Assembly (NCBI GenBank): GCA_900546055.1 | Contig: URBG01000002.1 | Span: 14,347 to 78,346 of the forward strand | Length of the DNA stretch: 64,000 nucleotides | Reading direction: 5' to 3' | DNA from: an uncultured Mycoplasmatota bacterium | GTDB taxonomy: Bacteria; Bacillota_I; Bacilli_A; RF39; UBA660 | Part shown: piece by piece, positions 38,012 through 45,791 of the stretch | Layout of the letters: each line of letters opens with the position of its first letter | How positions within the stretch are numbered: the first letter of the stretch is position 1 | Program-made: the position numbers and the translations under genes | Notes under the pieces: model-generated | The model's database searches: none | Told to the model about the DNA's origin: nothing | Seen by the model: only the letters and a program-made list of their open reading frames with translations

Positions 38012-39274
38012 TTATCCAATAGTATATGGTTTTGATTGTGTTCCCTCTCCTGATAATTGGATATCAGATTTTAGATAGAGAACGGGCGTCACGCCGGCCG
38101 CAGCATAGTAAGCGTTGTAGCCGATGAGGGAACCGTAGGAATAGACAGTGAACACAAAGTTCGAGTAGCCACTATACGGCGAAAGCAACCAACTATATGT
38201 TGATGAATTCATTATTTTTGTTAACCAATTATGGGTACTCCCATTACTATAACAAGATGATGTATTCCAATATGCATTAACGCTTGTACATGCACTATTA
38301 TTACTTGTTCTTACGTATTCACTTGCTGTTGCTAATGCGATATTACCATTCCATGTTGTATTGTTTTCTATTGTTACTGTATTTCCTAAATTTGTATCAT
38401 TATATGTTACTGCTCCAATACCAAAGCTATGACTTTGTATTTGGTTTTTAGCATCACTAGATAAAGTATTATAGTAATCATTGTTTAAATAAGTATTTAA
38501 TGTAGCTGGGCGAGCCCAATTATTTGAATTTGATGTATCCCAAGCCTTACTTCCTATACTTTCATTTTTTATTATCTTTAGTGTTCCATCAGCTTCAACT
38601 GATAGTATTCTCCATCCTGCGTTTTCTTCATTGAATGTTATATAATTATTAGGAGTCCCTCCTCTATAAATATATCTTCCTTCTTCATATGTATCTGCAT
38701 ATAATCCATCTCCAGTTGTTACTGTTGTTGCGATTAATTTATCAGCTGCACTCTCTCCGCTTGGAGCTGTTCCAGTTGCCTGACTATAATCTAAATCTAC
38801 TGTTAAAGTTGATGTTGTATTTGTTGGTTGTTCACTTACACTACTTAAGTATTCGACTTTTACGGTTAATATTTTAGTACTTCCAGCTGTTATTACATCA
38901 CCTTTGGTCATTCCTGATGCAGTAAATTTAATGGCTGGATTATTTGTATCACTTAAAGTTATCTCATCTAACTTGGCATCCAAGCTTCCAGTATTACTTA
39001 CTGTTATATCATACTCAATACTATCACCTGGTGCTTGTAAGCTTGTTTTAAAGGTTGCACTCAATTCTTCAAAACTAGGATCACCATTATTACTAGCTGT
39101 TCCTACTATATTCTTACTTTCTACCTTTGTTATCTTTACATTCCAGCTACTTGTTATATTACTTGTTCCTTGAATATTTAATACTGTTTGAAACGCGGCA
39201 TAACCAACTGCCATTAACAATACTACTGCACACAAACTTCCGATGATTATATTTCTCTTTTTACTTTTGTTCAT
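38012..39274 (-). CDS. Surface protein: N-terminal beta-sandwich module plus C-terminal WRIL...SWLLSP...GVTPVLYL domain
   Basis: 420 aa. The N-terminus is paralogous to 26311-26820. The C-terminal half matches the WRVL / WLN / WWLRSP / GVRPAL-type domain common in Firmicutes surface proteins (from memory). The last roughly 35 codons of that domain have aberrant codon usage (see findings). Confidence 0.65.
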   Translation of the reverse strand: MNKSKKRNIIIGSLCAVVLLMAVGYAAFQTVLNIQGTSNITSSWNVKITKVESKNIVGTASNNGDPSFEELSATFKTSLQAPGDSIEYDITVSNTGSLDAKLDEITLSDTNNPAIKFTASGMTKGDVITAGSTKILTVKVEYLSSVSEQPTNTTSTLTVDLDYSQATGTAPSGESAADKLIATTVTTGDGLYADTYEEGRYIYRGGTPNNYITFNEENAGWRILSVEADGTLKIIKNESIGSKAWDTSNSNNWARPATLNTYLNNDYYNTLSSDAKNQIQSHSFGIGAVTYNDTNLGNTVTIENNTTWNGNIALATASEYVRTSNNSACTSVNAYWNTSSCYSNGSTHNWLTKIMNSSTYSWLLSPYSGYSNFVFTVYSYGSLIGYNAYYAAAGVTPVLYLKSDIQLSGEGTQSKPYTIG

Positions 39275-39401
39275 TTTATCTCTCCTACTTTTGCTATAGG
39301 CTTATTCTTCCCTATTTTTTAACTTATATCCAGTATATCCTATATCTCCGTTTTGAACAAGCTTTTTCTTTTATTTCAGATATAAAGATTTTTCTTATTT
39401 A

Positions 39402-39917
39402 TTATCCTGTAAGGCTTATTAAAAACATGCTTATTGGTACAAATATCATTACCACTGTCATTAAAATTGCCATTGTACTCTTTACTTTTTCTTCATTTTT
39501 AAACATCATACCTAACAAAACATAAATTCCAATGCCCAAAAGTCCTCCCAAAACATTACAAATAATTTCAAAAACATCTGATGGTCCAATAGCAAAAATA
39601 AATTTAAATATTTCAAAAGCTAAACTTAATAAAAATATTGCAATAACCTTTGGCCAAACTTTCGCATCCTTACTATATATACAGCAAAAAATTCCTAACG
39701 GTATATACAAAATAACACTACCCATGATATCATTAAAACTATTGTTTAAAAAATCACTATAATGAACCATATGAAAAACTCTTTCATGTAACCTTTCTGG
39801 ACTAAATATTTCTAATGGCGATACATATTTAAACAAAACAGTCCAAGTCAAAAATGATAGGTAAAGAATAAAATTGACTATCAATAATATATTTAAAATT
39901 TTCTTTGAGTTTTTCAT
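39402..39917 (-). CDS. VanZ-family membrane protein
   Basis: 171 aa, 4-5 TM helices, with IMGSVILYIPLGIF and EIICNVLGGLLG motifs typical of VanZ-like proteins. Confidence 0.55.
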   Translation of the reverse strand: MKNSKKILNILLIVNFILYLSFLTWTVLFKYVSPLEIFSPERLHERVFHMVHYSDFLNNSFNDIMGSVILYIPLGIFCCIYSKDAKVWPKVIAIFLLSLAFEIFKFIFAIGPSDVFEIICNVLGGLLGIGIYVLLGMMFKNEEKVKSTMAILMTVVMIFVPISMFLISLTG

Positions 39918-39962
39918 AGTATCATCCTCATCTAAATAGCTAAAAAGGGAAGAAGCTCCCCC

Positions 39963-40133
39963 CTACTTTCTACGTTTAAATAACGTTGCTGCTAATAAGA
40001 TAACAATTATAATAACAATTACAATTATTAAATTATTGGCGTTTTTTAGTCCAACCGATGGCTGTTGAACTACGGCTAGAAAATCAGCCGATTTAGTTTG
40101 TACTACTGCTAAAACATTAATACATCTATCCAT
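39963..40133 (-). CDS. 56-aa tail-anchored peptide, translationally coupled to the CPBP protease gene
   Basis: Below the ORF-track size cutoff. My translation: MDRCINVLAVVQTKSADFLAVVQQPSVGLKNANNLIIVIVIIIVILLAATLFKRRK. Its ATG lies 1 nt after the upstream TAA (TAAGATG). It is followed by a GGGAG-CTTC-TTCCC-TTTTT terminator. Confidence 0.45.
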   Translation of the reverse strand: MDRCINVLAVVQTKSADFLAVVQQPSVGLKNANNLIIVIVIIIVILLAATLFKRRK

Positions 40134-40134
40134 C

Positions 40135-40806
40135 TTAGACACCTGATAATAAAATAGCCACCGGAATTAAATTAAATAAAAACTTCATAATCATTACTGG
40201 ATAAATATTATCATTATTCCTAACATAGATTATTGACAAGGTTAAATAAATAGCAAAATAACTTACTACCCCCGCCCACACAACTATACTAGTTAAATCA
40301 GAATATAAAATATTAGTTAACGAATAAACCAAACTACTTATAATCACAAAAGCAATTTTATTCTCAATAACATCACCTATAGCTTTTCTAAATACTAACT
40401 CCTCAGCAATTACTGAAAATACAAGTACCTTAAATATTGTATAAAGCGTATTTAATGAATAAAGTGCATTAGTATTATCATCGACTATTTCTTCTGGAGA
40501 AATAATTGAAGAAATGACACTAGCCCCCATGTTTACACCAACTAAAATTATAAAGCCTAATAAAACTATCAAAAGTCTTTTACTAAATTTATGATCCTTA
40601 TGGAAAGATTTGACATCAGCTAACAATGGCTTGCCATAAACTATTAAAATTCCAATTAAAAATATAATATCTGGAACAAACATTGTTATTACTTCATTAG
40701 TTATGCCAAAAACATTTAAAATCGCTGTAATAACAAAATTGTAAGTAAAAAATGCTATAACTACAATTAATGTTTTTATAAGCGATGAAATTTTTTCAGT
40801 TTGCAT
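40135..40806 (-). CDS. CPBP-family (CAAX/Abi) intramembrane protease, possibly degenerate
   Basis: 223 aa, about 7 TM helices. EELVFRKAIG (EExxxR motif 1) is present. The positions expected for the FxxxH and HxxxN motifs read YSLTN and FLFNL, with no His. Confidence 0.55.
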   Translation of the reverse strand: MQTEKISSLIKTLIVVIAFFTYNFVITAILNVFGITNEVITMFVPDIIFLIGILIVYGKPLLADVKSFHKDHKFSKRLLIVLLGFIILVGVNMGASVISSIISPEEIVDDNTNALYSLNTLYTIFKVLVFSVIAEELVFRKAIGDVIENKIAFVIISSLVYSLTNILYSDLTSIVVWAGVVSYFAIYLTLSIIYVRNNDNIYPVMIMKFLFNLIPVAILLSGV

Positions 40807-40900
40807 AAAATCCCCTACTTTCTAATGCAATTATAACAACATAAATAATATAAGGCAAGAAAACCATTGAATTTTAAGCAATATGTACATTTTTTGACAA

Positions 40901-41131
40901 CAAAAAGCCTTAGAATAACTAAGGCCAATTTTATATATTATAATAGATAAAATTTTTAAAGACGTCACAATTATCTATTATTTTTTAGAAAAATCTTCTA
41001 AATGCATTAACAAGCCATGCCATAGTTATTCCTCCTCTCCCTTTTTACTTCTTTTATTATGTTGCAACATCGGGCTGCAAATCCTCACGACTTTACATCT
41101 CAAATATAACACAAAAATATAAAATTTACAA
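40901..41131 (-). other. Independent transcription unit of about 190 nt carrying a 12-codon ORF (40985-41023)
   Basis: Promoter TTGTAA-17 nt-TATATT (41103-41131). Strong RBS GAGGAGGAATAACT, then ATG GCA TGG CTT GTT AAT GCA TTT AGA AGA TTT TTC TAA (MAWLVNAFRRFF). An 11-bp hairpin (40940-40950 with 40971-40981) starts 3 nt after the stop. Terminator GCCTTAG-N5-CTAAGGC-TTTTT (40901-40926). Confidence 0.35.
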
Positions 41132-41171
41132 TACTTTTACACACTACTACTAAATATTATTTCAAGGACAA

Positions 41172-41195
41172 GAAAAAAAGAACCGAAGTTCTCTT
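41172..41195 (-). terminator. Terminator of the rplU-prp-rpmA operon
   Basis: AAGAGAAC-TTCG-GTTCTTTTTTT on the minus strand, directly after the rpmA stop. Confidence 0.75.
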
Positions 41196-41478
41196 ATTCA
41201 GGATAAACACTAGCTTGTTTTTTATCCCTTCCTACACGTTCAAATTTAACAATTCCATCGATTTTTGCAAAAATCGTATCATCTTTTCCGATTCCAACAT
41301 TATTGCCTGGATAAATCTTAGTTCCTCTTTGACGATAAATAATAGAACCACCAGTAACAAATTGTCCATCAGCAGCTTTAGCGCCTAATCTCTTTGATTC
41401 TGAATCACGTCCATTTTTAGTTGAACCTTGTCCTTTTTTGTGGGCAAATAATTGGATATTTAACTTTAACATTGGCAT
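41194..41478 (-). CDS. rpmA: 50S ribosomal protein L27, with N-terminal propeptide
   Basis: [26 protein letters not shown]: the Firmicutes-type N-terminal extension cleaved by Prp before AHKKG. Confidence 0.95.
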   Translation of the reverse strand: MPMLKLNIQLFAHKKGQGSTKNGRDSESKRLGAKAADGQFVTGGSIIYRQRGTKIYPGNNVGIGKDDTIFAKIDGIVKFERVGRDKKQASVYPE

Positions 41479-41481
41479 GAA

Positions 41482-41778
41482 CTACACCTCCTCGTATATT
41501 TTAATATTTTTTTTATATTGTTCTTTTAACTCTTTTAAAAGTGTAATCATATTTAAAATAATTGTATCAGTTTCTTTAGTGTTTTTTAAAATATCAATTT
41601 TGATATATCCGTCTTTTTCTTCATATTTAAGCGCTTCCTTATCAAAGCTTAAAATAGCATTAACACTTGTTATCACAATGCTAGAGGCTGAAGCACAGAC
41701 TATATCTCTTCCTGACTCGTCATACATCGAATGACCACTTATTTCAATATGATTTTTTTTAATTCTAACTTTAATCAT
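41482..41778 (-). CDS. prp: Ribosomal-processing cysteine protease Prp
   Basis: 98 aa between rplU and rpmA, with SGHS and DIVCASASS (catalytic His/Cys). Confidence 0.85.
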   Translation of the reverse strand: MIKVRIKKNHIEISGHSMYDESGRDIVCASASSIVITSVNAILSFDKEALKYEEKDGYIKIDILKNTKETDTIILNMITLLKELKEQYKKNIKIYEEV

Positions 41779-42080
41779 TATTTCTCAATAATTTTAGTAA
41801 CTTCAACCTTAGTATATGGTTGACGGTGTCCTTGAGTACGACGATATTTTTTCTTTGCTTTAAATTTGAATACAACGATCTTTTTAGCTTTGCCTTGTTT
41901 AATAACTTTAGCTTCTACTTTAGCACCTTTAACATAAGGCATACCGCTATGACCATTCACCATTAATACATTATCAAAAGTAATAGTATCTCCGGCAGCC
42001 ACATCTAACTTTTCAACATAAAGAACTGTACCCTCACTAGCGTAATACTGTTTTCCTCCAGTTTCAAAAACTGCTTTCAT
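41778..42080 (-). CDS. rplU: 50S ribosomal protein L21
   Basis: [12 protein letters not shown]...GHRQPYTKV, 100 aa. Confidence 0.95.
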   Translation of the reverse strand: MKAVFETGGKQYYASEGTVLYVEKLDVAAGDTITFDNVLMVNGHSGMPYVKGAKVEAKVIKQGKAKKIVVFKFKAKKKYRRTQGHRQPYTKVEVTKIIEK

Positions 42081-42179
42081 TTCATAACCTCCTTTTAGAA
42101 TCTAAGACTCGCCATTAAGGTAAATACTAATGTATTTTTAAAACCTTCTCTGCGCGGTTGTAGAGGAAGCTCTACACAA
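42081..42179 (-). promoter_or_regulatory. Structured 5' leader of rplU (candidate L21 ribosomal-protein leader)
   Basis: Extended -10 TGGTAAAAT at 42186-42194 overlaps the upstream stop. The leader holds the hairpin GTAGAG-CTTC-CTCTAC and a long composite stem CGC..AAGGT..AAATAC-ATTA-GTATTT..ACCTT..GCG. Firmicutes rplU operons are known to carry an L21 leader. Not verified by covariance model. Confidence 0.4.
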
Positions 42180-42188
42180 TTAAAAATT

Positions 42189-42938
42189 TTACCACATTTT
42201 CCTAGTAAAGTCAAACCTTTTACGAAGAATTTCCTTTTCAGTTGTATATTTCCCCTCATTATAAAATATATGCTGGTAATCACGTTTCATTTTCGAAACC
42301 TTTCTTCCTTTAATAATTTTTCGTTTTTTAAAATTAAAATTATTAGTATAGCGTTCTAACAAAAACTTATTAAATAAACTATCATGATTTTTATATTCAT
42401 CGATAACTTTAATAATTACAAAAAATAAAATAAGCGTAAAAATCAAATTAAACTTAACATTTAAAAGTAAAAAAGCCACTGTTAAAAGTGAAATATAAAT
42501 TGTTAATAAGTGGCTTCGCTTAAAACTTGTGATTTTATTTAAAAAAATATTTAAAAGTTTTGAACCATCCAATGGATATATCGGTAATAAATTAAAAAAT
42601 AAAATTAAATTACTATAATTCAAAACAAATTCATTATAATCAAATTGCAAATATAAATATACAAAAGCTATTTGAACTAAAGGTCCCATAATTAAAATAA
42701 TAAATTCTTCCCTTAATGGTCTATTTATTTTCTCATGAAAAAGCGTTAATGCCCCAAATGGAAGCAATACCACCTTTTCTATCTTCCATTTATAATATAA
42801 TGCTGCACCTACATGCCCACACTCATGGATAAGGGTAATTACTGTAAAAATCAAAAAGCCTTTGAAATTACCCGTAAAAACGCTAACAAAGGCTGCAACA
42901 TAATAAAATAAATGAATTTTAAATATATTTTTGATAAT
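42189..42938 (-). CDS. M50 site-2 protease, SpoIVFB-like; start codon non-canonical or unresolved
   Basis: HECGH (HExxH) in a TM helix. The track ORF starts at TTG 42854, but the in-frame upstream 28 codons (IIKNIFKIHLFYYVAAFVSVFTGNFKGF) encode the conserved first TM helix. Compare B. subtilis SpoIVFB HPFLWIIAALGLLTGHMKALLCLLLIVLIHELGH, from memory. The frame opens after TAG 42939-42941 and contains only ATT/ATC/ATA as possible starts. Confidence 0.6.
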   Translation of the reverse strand: MIKNIFKIHLFYYVAAFVSVFTGNFKGFLIFTVITLIHECGHVGAALYYKWKIEKVVLLPFGALTLFHEKINRPLREEFIILIMGPLVQIAFVYLYLQFDYNEFVLNYSNLILFFNLLPIYPLDGSKLLNIFLNKITSFKRSHLLTIYISLLTVAFLLLNVKFNLIFTLILFFVIIKVIDEYKNHDSLFNKFLLERYTNNFNFKKRKIIKGRKVSKMKRDYQHIFYNEGKYTTEKEILRKRFDFTRKMW

Positions 42939-43482
42939 CTAAAGTTTTCCCTTCTTTAGTAAAGACCATGTATAAACTTGTACCGTCTGTTTCACCAATA
43001 TTTTCACCCTTTTTAATATAATCATATAAGCTAACGCCGATTGTTTTCAAATTAGCATACCAGACTTCAACATTATCAGGTCTTTGAACAATTACTGTGT
43101 TACCATAATCATCTTTTTTACCAGCAAAGATAATTAATCCACTATCCATCGATGGAACTAAATAACCATCTTTAACAGTTAATTTAACGCCATCTTTGTA
43201 CTTGCTACTATCACTATATTCAAGCTTATTTGCAGAAACAAGTTCTGCTGTCTCTGTTGCATTATCTGCCAGCGGCAAAGAAGAACCAAAATATTTTTTA
43301 TAAACTTCGTTGATTTTTGCAAAACTCATATTATTTTGAAATACTTTCTTGTATACAAAATCTCTAAGATCTGCATTACTCTTAAGTGAAATTAAAAATA
43401 CTAATAATATAACAACAAATACCAAAAGCTTACTACTAATTCTAGAAAAACGCGATGGTTTTACTTTGACTTTTTTTGCCAT
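42919..43482 (-). CDS. Membrane-anchored LytM/M23-domain protein, SpoIVFA-like
   Basis: N-terminal TM helix. The C-terminal GLIIFAGKKDDYGNTVIVQRPDNVEVWYANLKTIGVSLYDYIKKGENIG resembles an M23 domain without obvious HxxxD/HxH catalytic residues. Lies upstream of the M50 protease, like spoIVFA. Confidence 0.55.
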   Translation of the reverse strand: MAKKVKVKPSRFSRISSKLLVFVVILLVFLISLKSNADLRDFVYKKVFQNNMSFAKINEVYKKYFGSSLPLADNATETAELVSANKLEYSDSSKYKDGVKLTVKDGYLVPSMDSGLIIFAGKKDDYGNTVIVQRPDNVEVWYANLKTIGVSLYDYIKKGENIGETDGTSLYMVFTKEGKTLDYQKYI

Positions 43483-43540
43483 AATTATATCACCTATTAA
43501 AATATATATAAAAAAAGAGTTTTTAGAACTCTTTTAATAA

Positions 43541-44281
43541 TTATTGATTACCTTTTGAACTAACTGGCATAACTCCTATCGATTTTTGCCTATTAGTAGA
43601 CATAGCACTTGTTCCAATTCTCTCAGAACAATACGCTAAAAGCACTTGTTTTTCAGCAATAATTACATCACAATAACGTAAATCGCCTTCTACTTCTCTT
43701 TGCTGAACTAAAGTCTCATCATATCGCGTATTAGCGTCCTCTATTTGTGAGACAACCTGCGGATAACAAAGATATTCTCTTTCCTCTTCTCTTTCCACAT
43801 TGTTTTTTGCTAATTCCGCTAATAATCTACCGCATTTTTCGTTAGGCAAACTAATAACACTAAAAAATAAAACTGCGCCAGTTCCAGCTAATACTTCATC
43901 TAATCCATCTTCCTTACTTAAATCATGGTCTGCTGCAATTACTTCATTTCTAAATACAAGAATATCACGATTTTTATTGATAAAAATCTCGAATTCCTCG
44001 GTTAAATTAATCCCTTGTTTTTTTAAACGTTCAATTAAAATCTCACGTTTTTCATTATAAGACTTTAATAAAACAGTATTGTTCAATTTAGCCTTTTTAT
44101 GATATAACTCATCTAGTCTATTAGTTATTTTTGCTTGCTCGCCACTTATTCTGGATAATTCTAATTCTAATCCATCTTTATTTTTTTCTAGTATTTCAAT
44201 TTCTGCCTCTAATCTTGAAATTAGTTGATTTAATTCACTAATAGACATGTGACTTACCATTTCTTGTTTTTTATCAGTCAT
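43541..44281 (-). CDS. Hypothetical coiled-coil protein
   Basis: 246 aa from the ATG at 44281 (MTDKKQEMV), after AAGGTGA. The N-terminal heptad-rich segment (LISRLEAEIEILEKNKDGLELELSRISGEQAKITNRLDELYHKKAKL) precedes a globular C-terminal half. No family recognised. Confidence 0.5.
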   Translation of the reverse strand: MTDKKQEMVSHMSISELNQLISRLEAEIEILEKNKDGLELELSRISGEQAKITNRLDELYHKKAKLNNTVLLKSYNEKREILIERLKKQGINLTEEFEIFINKNRDILVFRNEVIAADHDLSKEDGLDEVLAGTGAVLFFSVISLPNEKCGRLLAELAKNNVEREEEREYLCYPQVVSQIEDANTRYDETLVQQREVEGDLRYCDVIIAEKQVLLAYCSERIGTSAMSTNRQKSIGVMPVSSKGNQ

Positions 44282-44404
44282 TTTATAATCACCTTCCAGT
44301 ATAAATTTAAAAGTAAAAATACTTCTATATATTATATTACTTCTGTTTAGAGCATATTCTATCACAATAATCACATTTAAGCAAGAAAAAAAGCTTTTTA
44401 AAGC

Positions 44405-44896
44405 TTAATTGGACTTATGAATTTTAAATTTTAAACTTATTTTATCAGTCACTATATAAGCTAAAGCAACATATATCACATTCGCAATTAATGAATGATA
44501 AATACTTTTCAAAACTGCTAACCAATGAAACGACACATTAGCTGTAATCAATAATAATCCATATGCTACAAACCGATAAAATATAATGCATATTATTGCC
44601 ATAATCATTACATTTAAATAATTATTAGCCAAAACTAAATTAAGCCTTGTAATAATAAACCCAACCATTAAAAATAAAAATCCATGAATAACAATTGTAT
44701 CAGTGTATATTAAATCATAAAATACACCTGTTAAAAAACAAATTCCAAAAAATCTAGCTTGATTACCTTTAAAGTAAGGATATACAATAATAAGAGACAT
44801 TAAAGTAAATAAAGGTGTAAAAAAACTATTTAAAGAAATAAAATTTGACATAATGCTGTCTAAAATAAAAGACACGATAATCACTACTAATATCAT
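44405..44896 (-). CDS. mreD: Rod shape-determining protein MreD
   Basis: 163 aa with 5 TM helices, immediately downstream of and abutting mreC. Confidence 0.7.
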   Translation of the reverse strand: MILVVIIVSFILDSIMSNFISLNSFFTPLFTLMSLIIVYPYFKGNQARFFGICFLTGVFYDLIYTDTIVIHGFLFLMVGFIITRLNLVLANNYLNVMIMAIICIIFYRFVAYGLLLITANVSFHWLAVLKSIYHSLIANVIYVALAYIVTDKISLKFKIHKSN

Positions 44897-45744
44897 TAGC
44901 TATCTTTCCTTTTCAATACAGAAACATAATCAATATTATTAAAGTCAACTGAAGCCTTAACTAAAGCGACCTTTGATAAATCAAAGTTATCTGTTGTCAC
45001 CTTTGTTACGTGACCAACTAATAAACCACTAGGAAAAGTATCACCCATTCCAGTTGTTACAACATCGGCACCTTTTGGAATATCAATATTTTCACTAATA
45101 CCTTCAACAGTATAAGTATTGTTCTTTGAACTGTATTTTGAAATAAGTCCGTAAACATAACTATCTTTAACCTTTATTTTAACACTTATTTTATCACTCA
45201 TATTTTCATTAGCTAACAATTTAACCGTACTTACATGATTACTAACTGTTGAGACTTTTCCAATTAAACCATCATTATTGATAACTGCCATATTTTTCTT
45301 AATTCCATCAACCTTACCTTTATCAATTGTAACTTCGTCATACCAATAATCAATATTACGATTAATAACCGTTGCATTTTTGTAAACCTTATCACTTAAT
45401 ACTGTATTCAAATCTAGCGTCTTTTTAAGTTTACTAACTTCATCTTTTAAATTATCATTAGCTGCAACTACACTATCCATTTGTTCTTCTTTAGATTTAA
45501 GTTCCTTATATTTCTCATATATGTCATTTTTTTCATGGCCCTCTCTAATTTTATCTTTAATAAAATTAACCGGCGTTGAAATAACATTGATAACAAATGT
45601 ACCACTATCTTTAACAATTTTCTCGACAGGATTTAAATTACGATCCTTTTTTAAAGCAACTGAAAGCACCACCAGCAATATTGCTATGGCGACTATAATA
45701 ATAATCAATAAGTATCGTTTTTCAAATTCCTTTTTCTTGTACAT
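44896..45744 (-). CDS. mreC: Rod shape-determining protein MreC
   Basis: N-terminal TM helix, a coiled coil, then beta domains (GLIGKVSTVSNHVSTVKLL, GDTFPSGLLVGHV). The ATG at 45744 follows AGGTGA. Confidence 0.85.
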   Translation of the reverse strand: MYKKKEFEKRYLLIIIIVAIAILLVVLSVALKKDRNLNPVEKIVKDSGTFVINVISTPVNFIKDKIREGHEKNDIYEKYKELKSKEEQMDSVVAANDNLKDEVSKLKKTLDLNTVLSDKVYKNATVINRNIDYWYDEVTIDKGKVDGIKKNMAVINNDGLIGKVSTVSNHVSTVKLLANENMSDKISVKIKVKDSYVYGLISKYSSKNNTYTVEGISENIDIPKGADVVTTGMGDTFPSGLLVGHVTKVTTDNFDLSKVALVKASVDFNNIDYVSVLKRKDS

Positions 45745-45791
45745 TTTTATCACCTATATAAAATTATAATATATTTTAGGAGAAAAACCAA

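Noticed and set aside
36929-39274. A complete DGR cassette, or a Tad/Flp assembly locus, around the Flp-like pilin and the variable-looking gene
   Set aside because: No ORF in this interval or elsewhere in the window has reverse-transcriptase (YxDD) motifs, an Avd-like gene, or TadA/TadB/TadV motifs. The 129-aa membrane protein lacks the paired Asp motifs of prepilin peptidases. Only the target-like patch and the orphan pilin are reported.
42095-42283. 62-aa ORF spanning the rplU leader and the 3' end of the M50 protease gene
   Set aside because: It overlaps a well-supported gene and the structured leader. It has no RBS and no recognisable product.
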